From Octopus sinensis (taxonomy: Eukaryota), in contig NC_042997.1 of assembly GCF_006345805.1 (NCBI RefSeq), positions 73,780,001-73,844,000 of the forward strand: a stretch of 64,000 bases of DNA, written 5' to 3'. The notes below the pieces were generated by a model. It was not told the origin of the DNA, ran no database searches, and saw only the letters and a program-made list of their open reading frames with translations. A program made the position numbers and the translations under genes. Below, piece by piece: positions 51,306-63,950 of the stretch (position 1 is the first letter of the stretch; every line of letters starts with the position of its first letter).

Positions 51306-51502
51306 AAGAAGAAGAATCCTTTCTACTATAGATACAAGGCCTGAAATTTGGTGGGAGAGGAAAGATCGATTATTCGACCCAGTATTTCACTGGTACTTAA
51401 TTTATCGACCACGAAAGAATGAAAGGCAAAGTCGACCTCAGAACGTGGCGACAGGTGAAATATTTCGTTCGGCGTGTTATTGATTCTGCCAGCTCGCTAC
51501 CT
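50012..51502 (-). mobile_element. Four SINEs of the second family (50012-50207, 50277-50488, 51050-51262, 51317-51502) separated by (TAA)n/(GAA)n
   Basis: Head AAGGCGGCGAGCTGGCAG, B-box-like GAGTTCAAATTCC, core GTCGACTTTGCCTTTCATCCTTTCG.GGTCGATAAA (resembles widely shared metazoan SINE cores as recalled). Confidence 0.88.
50554..51034 (-). mobile_element. ~480-bp noncoding element inserted in (TAA)n
   Basis: (TAA)n on both sides; no ORF; no obvious Pol III boxes; second copy at 30526. Confidence 0.8.
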
Positions 51503-51524
51503 TTATAATGATAATAATAATATT

Positions 51525-52440
51525 TCTAATGAAACTTGAAAAAGTTCATGAATTATATACCAAGGATGACCCCTCTCATTTCTTTTGTATATATTGACTC
51601 TTGAGCCATTACTACTCAAATTGGAGGCATTTAGGGCCGTCCCGCGAAAATTAGGATGTTGGAAATCCGTGTTAGGATATGTCGACGACGTCACCTTATT
51701 GGTAAGATATTATCACCGCTCCAATGAACTCGAGGTGGTAACAGAAGGAAAAGTAGGTGGCCCTGCAGCCCAGGACCTGGAGAGGCAGGACCAAGCCGTC
51801 AAACAGCGTCGTCGGGCGCTGGACGGACGAATCGATTACATTGCTCGGGGTCTGGTTTGGTCTGGACCACCAGATGGACAAAAACTGGTATGAGGTAACG
51901 AGCAGGATGGCCTCTCTCATCCAGAAATGGGCTGAGGGAAAGCTATCCTTGAAAGGTTGGACAGAGACCGTCGTGCCTTGTCCTCATCCACATCTCAACC
52001 CCTACTCTATCGCTTTTTGTGGAAGGGACAGGTTCCACTGATCAGAAGGTTCATTTGCTGTCAACACCCGCTGCGTGGAGGACGGGTATGCTGTGACTGA
52101 TGACGTACAAACATGCGCTCAGACTACATTTCCAACTCTTCCTTGGAGGTGAACAGATGTGGTCGCCGTTCGCTAAACACGTTTTTCTCCAGTTCGTCTT
52201 CATTACGGGACTGCAGTGCTGGATCAAGCGAAGACTGAGAGGAAGTTCTTGGAGACTAGAATGTCTTCAAATGCTCACTGTTCTCAGCCAATTTGGCTTT
52301 CTATAGCGGGTTAATTGAGGATAAAAGCGACGATGTTCTTCAGGAGACTCCCGTACAATGGAATACGTCTGCTCCAGTTGTTCGAAGTTCAGGGTCGCAA
52401 ACTCCCATGCTTGGCAAAACTTCGCATAATGACATATTCT
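51525..52440 (+). mobile_element. L1/Tx1-clade RT fragment
   Basis: LYILTLEPLL..GYVDDVTL; ITLLGVWFG..NW....W....LSLKG; LWKG..P.IRR..CQHP..GG. Confidence 0.8.
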
Positions 52441-52580
52441 TTGCTTTTTCGCAAGCATCTCTTATTACAAGCGTTCTTTTAATTCCGATTAATTCACTTT
52501 TGTTGTGTTCGAATCGGTTACTCGCATGGTTTCACCAGCAATCGAGCAGAATGCTTTGCGGTATTTAGTTACATCCCTTC

Positions 52581-52619
<39 letters not shown>

Positions 52620-53592
52620 TATATATATATTGATTTGGCCACAGTACTTAACTGGTGTCTTTCTTATCCTTTGAAACCCATAAATCTTTTAATCTAGAAA
52701 CGAAAGAGAAGTGTTAAATAATACCTGGCATTTGGCCTACCACTCTATCGATTTTAGCAATCCACCTCCTGTTAAAATGTAATAATGATAATAGAAAACA
52801 GTATTATTGTTGTTTTTGCTGTTGCCATTTATCATCTTCATCATTTTCGTCTTAGGTATCATCAATATTTCCGTTGCTATACTTATCAACAGATGAATTT
52901 CTTGAAATATCAGTAGAGATGATTTAAATAATTAAATAAATGTTTTTGTATGTTGGTGAAAGTAATGATCTCTTGACCTGGTATCTCTCATAAAAGTCTA
53001 ATAAAGACTAGGTAATCTCAGCAAACTGACATCAGAGAACATCTTTGAAATAGTAACAGATGTGTGTGTGTTAACGAAGGCAGTTTTTCATTCTCAGGAA
53101 CTGCCAATATATATTCAATTACGAAGCCTCTACTACTTGGGTGTCCACTTCTAATCGAGTTGCATTTCCTCGATAATTTTACAAGAAAATTAATCAACAC
53201 ATTCACACACTGATGTGTGTGTATGTGTTCATATGTTCATATAAACATGTATGCGTGCGAGAGAGTGAAAGTTTTATGGGAGGAGACAGACAGACAGACA
53301 AACATTTTTATCTGCACTCTTCAAATTATGTGTTATCAAGTTGATAAAATGCCAGACAATTCTTGAGGTTGAGTCAGTTTATTCGCCAACTGCAATGACT
53401 TTTCTTAAAACAAATTGACACCGCATGCTACTAACAGAGAAAGAAGCAGAACCATTGTAAAACATTTTCGTTTCCTCATCTTACATTATGGAGTTTAACT
53501 CTTCCGGGATTTTAGGTGGGCTAGAAAAACTGACTAATCCTTCAATGCATTTGCTACATGAAATATTAATATCACAATAGCAATAGAAACAA

Positions 53593-53642
53593 TATGAATG
53601 AGTGCAAAGACCCAGAATACTGGGTCTTTGCACTCATTCATA
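53593..53642. repeat. Perfect 23-bp-stem hairpin
   Basis: TATGAATGAGTGCAAAGACCCAG-AATA-CTGGGTCTTTGCACTCATTCATA. Confidence 0.95.
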
Positions 53643-54946
53643 AAATTCAGTTTCAAATATGATGATGTTCTGTGTAAAACAATTACTACAGGTGATGTAC
53701 TAAATCAGATGCTTTTGACTATTTCATGAATTATTATTTTAAGACTATATGAAAGAAATTATTGAGCAGTTCTAGAAGTACTGATGTGGAGTAACGATAG
53801 ATGATTTTATAGGTTAAGATGTTCACTTCAAAATAACGAGGTTTCGGTGAACCTTCTACTCTGGCCACAATAGACCAACTTTGTCAAATACAATGTCACA
53901 ATGGGTCTACCTAAATAATACATTAAGGTTACAAGTTGACTGACATTCGTCGAAACCTGCAAGAGACATAAATATATATGCCAATGAAGCGAAACTTGTA
54001 TTGATTATTTCAGATATATATTATTTTTCTGTGCTGGTTCAAATTTCCAATCTATGGATGTTGTAGAATCTATATCAATATGATACTATACATTTGTTAG
54101 AACAATAGTACCAATGAGTTCATACATTCCTCGATGAGCTCAGCATCGATGAGCTTCAGACAAAGGTTTGTCTGAAGGATGAAAGTGGACCTTACTATCG
54201 TCAACGCAGCTAATTCCCAATTCAGTCCAAAGAAAAACATAAGCAAAAATTAAAAGTGAGGGAACCTATCAATCAAGTTACTTTATTGCGATAAATCCAA
54301 TTGCTTTGAATGAGATTTGGGGCTCACAAAATATATTGATAAATGCAAATGGTGTTGTTTTAATCTTCAGTACAATTTTTGCATCCAAATCCTGAGCTTA
54401 CGCTATACACGCTGCTTTACATCAATTCTTCAAATTTACACTGCTACAAATATCATTATAAGGACAGATTTGAAACAGAGCTAATAAATCAATAATAAAT
54501 GGAGTGATTGGTTCCATTTCACTTGAAGTGATGACATATTCAAACAATAAGTGTCAAAACTATTCACAATTGATTTTCTCTAGATTTTATTTGTGCGAAA
54601 TTTGTGACTAGTTTCTTATTTAATTATATAAGTTTGTGCGGTGAGTCGGATACGAGTGAATTAATATAGTCTCAGATTACTAGTCAAAAAATTAATAGGT
54701 TGTATTCTTTCATTGCAGCTCTGGAATGTCCAAGGCCAAGACATAACTTTCACTAGTTCGTTACAATACGTTTCGAAGTTTAAATACTGCTTATGCATGT
54801 AAGCAACGGGAGCAACATATAGTTAATGAATACTTACTCGTGAGTATTATATATGTAGAGAGCGAGGCAGAAGCGTGACAGACAAAGAGACAGACAGACA
54901 AAAAGACCGACAGACAGACACACACACATACAAATAGAAAGTTAGA

Positions 54947-54948
54947 TA

Positions 54949-54997
<49 letters not shown>

Positions 54998-55060
54998 GTT
55001 GGTTGATTGGTTGAGTGATTGATTGATTGATTGATTGATTGATGATTGATTGATTGACTG
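54947..55060 (+). repeat. (GATT)n/(GGTT)n microsatellite
   Basis: Direct reading. Confidence 0.93.
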
Positions 55061-55620
55061 ATTTCTCTTTGCCTCTTCCGTACACTTCGCATTAAGACAA
55101 TTAGAAGGAAAAACTAGTGCTATTTTTCAGAGCGTATGAAATGGGAAGCTAGAAATAAATTCAAACGATATTTCCTAGTATGCTGTACCGTTAGTATTCG
55201 AAGATATAACTACTGTTTCAGGAACGAAAGAACTTATATATAGCGTGATATATATATTTATCTTTTACTATACCGCAAGTTTGCAATTGTTAGTACGTAA
55301 CGTTTAGCGACTTTTTTTTATAATTATAGTAGTCAATATACTTCTTTTAAGGCAAAAATAACAGCGTTCAGTCTTTCATATGGACTTTCTTTTCTTCAAT
55401 TACCACATATTTTTCCTCATTATTACACCTATTATACTGATAATTATGACATTGGTTACTAAATGTGTGTATGTGTTTGTGTACGCACGCTCACTGGTAA
55501 TATATTCATATATATACAATATCCTCATATATATATATATATGAGGATATTATTGGTTATGATAATATCAGTAGCTTAGCATATGGAAAAAAACCCATAG
55601 CGATAAAAATTTATCAATTA

Positions 55621-55771
55621 ATAATTAAGGGTACTAACAGGCAGTACCGGCATGCTAAATATAGTAGCCAAAATCACCAAACCACAAAGTGTTTAAGTGA
55701 AAATTTGTGGTTTGGTCATTTTAACTGCTGTATTTAGCATGCCGGTATTGATTGTTACTAGCCTTAATTAT
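55621..55771. repeat. Imperfect fold-back (~68-bp arms) adjoining (TA)n
   Basis: 55621-55688 versus 55704-55771 inverted. Confidence 0.85.
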
Positions 55772-55811
55772 GTATATACAAATATATATTATATATATAT
55801 ATATATTTCTT

Positions 55812-55883
<72 letters not shown>

Positions 55884-55930
55884 ATATATATTTATTTATA
55901 TATATATATATATTTATTTATTTATATATA

Positions 55931-56017
<87 letters not shown>

Positions 56018-56141
56018 TAGTAATGCAATACTAGAGTATTTGCTAGTACATACGCGGTGAAGCTATACATTAGCGTCGTATTATTACGTTCGCTATTTCC
56101 AGTAAATATCGGTACTTCGTTGTGCCATATATTTACTTCCT

Positions 56142-56206
<65 letters not shown>

Positions 56207-56219
56207 TAATATATATATA

Positions 56220-56261
<42 letters not shown>

Positions 56262-56309
56262 TAGTTTCAGCTCAGAGCTGCGGGCATGCTGATGCACCGC
56301 CGTTTTATG

Positions 56310-57290
56310 CTACACTGTTATTACGACGAACCTCGTCTAATATGTGGCACTTGGTGAAGAATGGAGTTTGATATAGCTACTCTCATTTGCACCTCTTGCC
56401 GTGAGGTAGGTTCATCTGGGACTCTTGACAGGAAGATGTCCAGCTTTGATTTAAAAACCGCTACATCTACTTCGTGCAAGTTCCTCAGACTCTTTGGGAG
56501 AATATTAAAAAGCTGTGGGCCCTTGAAACCCAGGCTGTTACAGAAGCTGATCCTGAAGCGTGATGGCATTGCTTGGATCTTTGGCACTATGCAGTGTCGT
56601 CCCGTTCTAGCATTGGTATAGTTTACAATGCCAAAATTTGGCACAATTCCTTCCAGGATCTTCCAGACATATATTACTGCATACCTCTCCCGTCTTCTCT
56701 CCAGGGAGTAGAGTCTTAGCTGTTTCAACCTTTCCCAGTAGCTGAGCTGTTGCAAAGAGACGATCTTCTTTGCGAATCTTCTCTGCATTGCTTCAAGGTC
56801 CGCTGTTAATTTCACACTGGTGGGTGACAATAGCTGTGAGCAGTAATCCAGCCGGCTGAAGACGAATGTCCGCCAGAGGACCATCATAGTTTGCTTATCT
56901 CTGGTTCTGAATGTTCTTAGGATCCACCCAGCCAGTCGTCTGCACTTTGTCGCCATCCAGGTAACGTGCACTTGGAAAGAGGTATCATCACTCATGACGA
57001 TACCCAGGTCCCTCACAGACTTAGGCTCGCGATTGAAATTCCCTGTGGACGGTGTATCCTGTAAGTTTAATATTCAGTTTTGGATGCTGGTAGCGCAGGA
57101 CCTGGAATTTTTCAGCATTAAACTGCATATTATTATCCTCAGCCCATCTGTAGATTGAGTCCAACTTCTGCTGCAGATGTGCAAAATCGATGGGTTCTGT
57201 ATTTTCTGCGAAACTTTCGTATCGTCTGCATAGCTTGCCAGAGTGGCTATCTGGGCATTTGAGGGACACCGCTCCCTATTTGTGTGTTCA
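56310..57290 (-). mobile_element. CR1-clade LINE 3' half (RT C-terminus)
   Basis: SYADDTKV, WAEDNNMQFNAEKF, RDLGI, RLDYCSQL, LYSLERRRER, FKSKLDIFL. Confidence 0.92.
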
Positions 57291-57343
57291 TAGAGGTGGC
57301 TCATATATATATATATATATATGTATATATTGATATATATATA

Positions 57344-57440
<97 letters not shown>

Positions 57441-57596
57441 TTTATATATATGTCTATATATATATCTATATATCTATATATTTATACATATAAATATTTA
57501 TATATAAAGGAAAAGTTTACGATAGTAAACAAAAGACGAAGGCAGGTGGTGTACAAACACACAGATGTATTAGTATACCGCTCAGGAATAGAAAAG

Positions 57597-57634
57597 TCTG
57601 TTACGTTTCGAGCCTACGCTCTTCTACAGAAAGA
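57597..57634 (-). ncRNA. Minimal type I hammerhead-like motif (Penelope pLTR type)
   Basis: Minus strand TCTTT-CUGUAGA-A-GAGC(GUAG)GCUC-GAAAC-GUA-ACAGA; core differs from CUGANGA at A6; one stem I mismatch. Confidence 0.55.
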
Positions 57635-57727
57635 TACACAGAAAAAAACAAGGAGAGAAACAAGGAGAGAAAAATATATATATCTATATATCTATATATT
57701 TATATATATATATATATATTTATTTAC

Positions 57728-57824
<97 letters not shown>

Positions 57825-57842
57825 GTATATGTAATATATATG

Positions 57843-57943
<101 letters not shown>

Positions 57944-58028
57944 TATGTATATATATATATATGTATATATATATATTATATATATGTATATATATATATA
58001 TGTATATATGTATATATATATATATGTA

Positions 58029-58101
<73 letters not shown>

Positions 58102-58192
58102 ATAAATATAGGGAATGAATCCAAAATTACAGGGAAAAATCAGATTTAGGGTTAAATCCAATTTTATAGTAAAATATTATATAATATAATTC

Positions 58193-58383
58193 GAGACAAA
58201 ACCACTATTTTAAAACCAACAAGGAAAGACTTAATCAATACATAAAATTTTAATATAAATTAAATAAATAAATAAATTAATAAATAAAATTAAATAAATA
58301 AAATTAAATTATTTAATTTATATTAAAATTTTATGCATTGATTAAGTCTTTCCTTGTTTGGTTTAAAATAGTGGTTTTGTCTC
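58193..58383. repeat. Fold-back (~70-bp arms, AT-rich spacer)
   Basis: GAGACAAAACCACTATTTTAAA.. versus ..TTTAAAATAGTGGTTTTGTCTC. Confidence 0.9.
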
Positions 58384-58418
58384 CAATTATACTATATTGT
58401 ATATATATATATATATAT

Positions 58419-58470
<52 letters not shown>

Positions 58471-58475
<5 letters not shown>

Positions 58476-58854
58476 ACTAAAAATGAGGGTGTCTGAGAGA
58501 CACCACCATGCCGAAATAGCAGTCAAATCCCTGACTCTAAAACTGGCCTTATACATACGTGCATATATATGTATGTATGGACGTTCGTATATGTAAGTAT
58601 AACGTTTGTTCTGCATATATATATTTGTATTTATGTGCTTTTGATATATTCAACCGATGACGGCAAAGCTTATTTAAAGCAAAGCTAGAAATCAAAGATC
58701 TTGAATAATTCAGTAATATTTTTTGCTAGTCTATTTTGTCCCTCTGTCTTGTCTCATGGTGCGATATGAACATTTAACGTGGTTTTTAGAGTCGGGGATT
58801 TGACTCCTATTTCGGCATGGTGGTGTCTCTCAGACACCCTTATTTTAGTTGTAA
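58471..58854. repeat. Inverted repeat (~72-bp arms, ~240-bp spacer)
   Basis: GGGTGTCTGAGAGACACCACCATGCCGAAATAG.. and its reverse complement at 58783-58854. Confidence 0.9.
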
Positions 58855-59117
58855 AAAATTATTACCTTTGTATGATATTTTTCCCATGCTGGCCACTTGA
58901 TAATATCGATATTTAAATATCGATATTATCCTTATTTATAAATATATATATTTATATATATATACCTATATTTATATTTATATATATATATATATATATA
59001 TATAAGCAATTAAGATTCAAGTAAATTCCAGTGAATTTACTTGAATGTGGTACTTAACTTAGATGCACCAGAAAAACTATATGGTGTTAACCATACAGTA
59101 ATGTGGGGTGATTATAA

Positions 59118-61204
59118 ACGAGAAAGAAGCAACAAGAATGGATTAGTTTTTAGTACAATTGTTTCATACAAAGACATGCTTTATTACAAGTTGCAAAAAT
59201 TGCAGCAGATAAAAGTGTCCTGTACTCATCAGCTAAAATACATATGAGTTCTCCAAACATCTTAGTGGGTGAGGTTATACTCATGAAATATTGGAGATAA
59301 TTTCATTGAAGGCAGATATAGGTTGCAAACAGATTTCCAAAGTTCCTTAATGATGATGCACAGTCTCATCACAGATTCTTAAAAGCTTATTAGTTTCAAA
59401 GAGAAGATGAATTAATCCGTAGTGTAGATTTAAATTTCCAGAGATATGAGGAGGATGATGCACAGACTTATCACAGGTTTTTAAAAGCTTATTAGCTTCA
59501 CAGAAAAGGTGAATTAATCCGTAGTGAAGATTTAAATTTCCAGCGATATGAGGAGGAATTTCATACTCACAGACGATGAATTTAACCATTGTTAATCCAC
59601 AATCATTTCATGCTATATGATAAGGTATTTGCCACATTACTGCTCTCCATGCAAAACTGCTATATGTTAAGATTTCTAAAAGCTGAAGGAATTTATTTTG
59701 TGGAGCAAAGAAAATAAAAGAAAAAGGAAAGAGACAAGGAAAAGAAAAAAAGAAAAAGGAGAAGAAGAAGAAAGAAGGAAAAGAAAAAGAAGAAGAAAAA
59801 AGAAGAAAAAAAGAGAAACGGGGGAGAAGAAAAGAAAAAGAAAAAGGAAAAGAAAAAGAAAAAAGGGGAAGAAGGGAGAAAAGAAAAAGCACCTATATAG
59901 AGTATACTGTGACAACTTAGAGGGAGGGGGTTCTAAAGTGACCAATTACAGAAGAATTTGTAGACAACTTAGTTAGCTTGAATCTGTAAGAATCCAGGAA
60001 CTATGAGGAGAAAATTATTTTTGACCAGTAAACAGCTATTTACTATCAACCTGACGTAGATGAAAGCAGATATGAATCTAAAGAGAATTTAAAGAGATAA
60101 ACAAGGTCAGGGGTAGAGGGGTCAAAAGCTATCGTCAAAAGGAAATACATTAAGAGAAAAGATCTAAGTGCAACCCTAACCAGAGGTCATTTAAATTTAT
60201 TTATTTATTTATTCCTATTACTGTCTTAAAATTGTTGCCGTTATTATCAATACATTAACAGACTACCGGTCAAAACTTAGAAATTAATTTACAAGGTGTG
60301 ATGGAATTGTCTATTATATTGAAGTTACTACTAGGTTAGTTACCTCTGCCGAATCACTGGAACCCATGGGTATATCAAAATAATTAGGTGTATCTGCTCT
60401 AGTCCATAACTTATCTTCAAATTCTATAAATGTTTTCCTAGCTAGTAGCACAATATTGATTTCCTCTCTAGATATGAGGGAGCGATTCATAGCAAAAATT
60501 AGTGATTTGTTTAGCAAGATAGGGGAAATACTAGAGTAATAACTATTTATATCGAACTGAATAAAGGACAGACTACTAGTATTATTTAGAGAGTTAAACC
60601 ATTTTAGAACTTCATCTGTATTTAGCCATAGGCTTAAGGGAAGAAAGGGGGTTATTTGGGGTAGAACAGTATCCAGGATATATATGATATATATGTATAT
60701 ATCATATAGCATGAAATGATTGTGGATTAACAATGGTTAAATTCATCGTCTGTGAGTATGAAATTCCTCCTCATATCGCTGGAAATTTAAATCTTCACTA
60801 CGGATTAATTCACCTTTTCTGTGAAGCTAATAAGCTTTTAAAAACCTGTGATAAGTCTGTGCATCATCCTCCTCATATCTCTGGAAATTTAAATCTACAC
60901 TACGGATTAATTCATCTTCTCTTTGAAACTAATAAGCTTTTAAGAATCTGTGATGAGACTGTGCATCATCATTAAGGAACTTTGGAAATCTGTTTGCAAC
61001 CTATATCTGCCTTCAATGAAATTATCTCCAATATTTCATGAGTATAACCTCACCCACTAAGATGTTTGGAGAACTCATATGTATTTTAGCTGATGAGTAC
61101 GGGACAATTTTATCTGCTGCAATTTTTGCAACTTGTAATAAAGCCTGTCTTTGTATGAAACAATTGTACTAAAAACTAATCCATTCTTGTTGCTTCTTTC
61201 TCGT
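59118..61204. repeat. 505-bp near-perfect inverted duplication (59118-59622 / 60700-61204)
   Basis: About 3 mismatches seen; the ORFs at 59347-59589(-) and 60733-60975(+) are identical; each arm carries a 102-bp tandem duplication. Confidence 0.95.
60240..60680 (-). mobile_element. Penelope-like RT fragment
   Basis: W.NT.EV.KWFN..SFIQFDINSYYSSIS..LL..L.FA..ARKT..FDIPMGSSDSAEV. Confidence 0.85.
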
Positions 61205-61220
61205 ATATATATATATATAT

Positions 61221-61275
<55 letters not shown>

Positions 61276-61327
61276 AATATATGTATATATATAAATATAA
61301 ATATATATATATGTATATATATATAAA

Positions 61328-61367
<40 letters not shown>

Positions 61368-61386
61368 GTATATATATACATATATT

Positions 61387-61534
<148 letters not shown>

Positions 61535-61681
61535 ATACATATATATATATGTATGTATGTATGTATATATATAATATATATGTATGTATGTATATGTATA
61601 ATATATATATATATGTATGTATGTATATATATAATATATATATACATATATGTGTGTGTGTATGTTGTATATATATATGTA

Positions 61682-61715
<34 letters not shown>

Positions 61716-61807
61716 ATATATAATATATATATACATATATGTGTGTGTGTGTATGTATGTATATATATATAATATATATATATGTATGTATGTATGTATA
61801 TATATAA

Positions 61808-61960
61808 TGTGAGGGACTTGGGTATCGACATGAGTGATGATACCTCTTTCCAAGTGCACGTTACCTGGATGGCGACAAAGTGCAGACGACTGGCTGGGTG
61901 GATCCTAAGAACATTTAGAACCAGAGATAAGCAAACTATGATGGTCCTCTGGCGGACATT
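61808..61960 (+). mobile_element. Inverted 152-bp copy of the CR1 segment 56868-57019
   Basis: 3 mismatches by eye. Confidence 0.92.
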
Positions 61961-63636
61961 GATAAGAGGCAATAACCTCGAAACCGCGGTCCGGTGCGTA
62001 TCACTTAGGTTTACGAGAAAGGGATGGCCTCCCTTTGCAAATACCATAAGGGCACAGATAGTGTGCCTAAAGCTAGCTGGAGACGATGATCTCCTGGGGC
62101 TAAAAAGCTACAGTAACACACACCCCCCTTTGTGGTTAGCCATATTGAGATGGCTATTATACTTTACATTGTCGAGCGGTTACTGTTTACATCTCGTTCT
62201 GAGATTTAATAATGCTTGCAGGCAGTTTTTCGAAATCAGTGGCAGTAGTCACTAGAAAAACTCTTATATATTTGCATACAGGCTTTCGCTTTCATCCTGA
62301 TCCGGTGTTTTGACTCGTCTAGGGACCCCTCTTTCATCTGCGTATTGAGAAGTTAGCTGCCTATTTTGTTGAGTGAGTTCGTTTTTTGTTCGTCGTTGTT
62401 TGTGTTTGCTCGTGAATTGAACAGTTGTCCGTTGTGTGACAGTAATTTTCGCCCTACGGGGCTGAAAATTCTGTGTATAAACATTGTTATTACCTTCGGG
62501 GTAATTTTTTTTTTTTGAAAAATTGGTTCTCATAATTTGAGAAATAGAGTTCGACTTGGCGTCGAGGAGCGACTTTCCCGTGATGGGAAAAGGCGAACAG
62601 AAGGATATCGAGGTTAGAAAACAGTCTTTTTCGGCCGCAGTGGGCGGAACCGTAACGGAAGTGGAATTCAAAATAGAACAGTTGTTCGAATACCGGAACT
62701 TGGTCAAAAAGGAAGGCAACGAAATAAAACTGGTACCGCCGCAAGCGATATTACTGGAAATAAAGGCCAAGACAGTCGCGTACAAGGTTTACAGTAAAAA
62801 AAATGGACGTGAAGAACGAAATAGTAGAGAAGTGCTTGTCCCCGGTGTGGAGCAAAATTCGCTACGTCGGTCGAGGTGCCCGCAGCGCTACCGTTGAAGC
62901 ACATTTCGACTCGGCTGATGTGGCAAGAGAGATTTCATCGATGACCTTAAAAAGTGAGGACAACATGTTACTACCTACCTATATGGGAAAAAGAACTGCG
63001 AAACTATATGTGGAAGACATTCCAAGAGGATATGATATAATGTGGGTAGCAGCGGCGGTTCTGCACGACGTAGAGCAGAAAGTCTCAATTCTGCAGATGA
63101 AAAGGAAAGAGGAGGTAAACTGGAATGGACAAGCGCTCGAACTCCTCGTTCAAGCAGAAAATAATGTGCTAGAAAACTTACCCGATAGGGTATTTATCGA
63201 GGAGGGAATTACAATGAGAGTGTCAGTGGAGGGGCGCAGACCTAGTTGTTTCAAATGTGGTGAAAAGGGTAACGTCGGCTCGAACTGCATAAAAAAAAGA
63301 AAACAGCGAAGCCCCTCCTCAAAGTGCTTCAAACACAGAAAAAGACCCCAAGAACGAACCATTTAACTGTTTTTTGTATGTATGTCCTGTATTGTTCTTC
63401 TATGTACTGATTTTATAATCCTAATAAAGAATTAATCGTGATCCGGTGATTACCGCCCGTTGATAAGAGGCAATAACCTCGAAACCGCGGTCCGGTGCGT
63501 ATCACTTAGGCTTACGAGAAAGGGATGGCCTCCCTTTGCAAATACCATAAGATAGTGTGCCTAAAGCCAATGGATACAATGATTTCCTGGGGCTAAAAAG
63601 CTACAGTAACATATTGAGATGGGTATTGTATTTTAC

Positions 63637-63637
<1 letters not shown>
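61959..63637 (+). mobile_element. ORF1-only retroelement flanked by ~175-210-bp direct repeats
   Basis: Repeats 61959-62168 and 63460-63637; internal frameshifted ORF with a zinc knuckle; AATAAA at 63423. Confidence 0.7.
62556..63366 (+). pseudogene. L1/Tx1-type ORF1 (gag-like nucleic-acid-binding protein), frameshifted at an A-run near 62800
   Basis: ORFs 62556-62897 and 62803-63366 overlap at AAAAAAAATG; C-terminus RVSVEGRRPSCFKCGEKGNVGSNC (CX2CX4[H>N]X4C). Confidence 0.65.
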
Positions 63638-63639
<2 letters not shown>

Positions 63640-63677
<38 letters not shown>

Positions 63678-63778
63678 TATATATATATATATATGTATAT
63701 ATATATGTATATATATATATGTATATATTTATATATATGTATATATTTATATATATGTATATATTTATATATATATAT

Positions 63779-63816
<38 letters not shown>

Positions 63817-63848
63817 TATATGTATATATATATTTATATGTATATATA

Positions 63849-63947
<99 letters not shown>

Positions 63948-63950
63948 GTA

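Noticed and set aside
54099-54800. Candidate GPCR C-terminal exons after TTGTTAG (54098) and TTGCAG (54720)
   Set aside because: No NPxxY/TM7 sequence between them and the TM6 exon, and no recognisable similarity.
59608-59976. Lys/Arg-rich or Phe-rich ORFs
   Set aside because: Translation of an (AAAG)-type purine tract.
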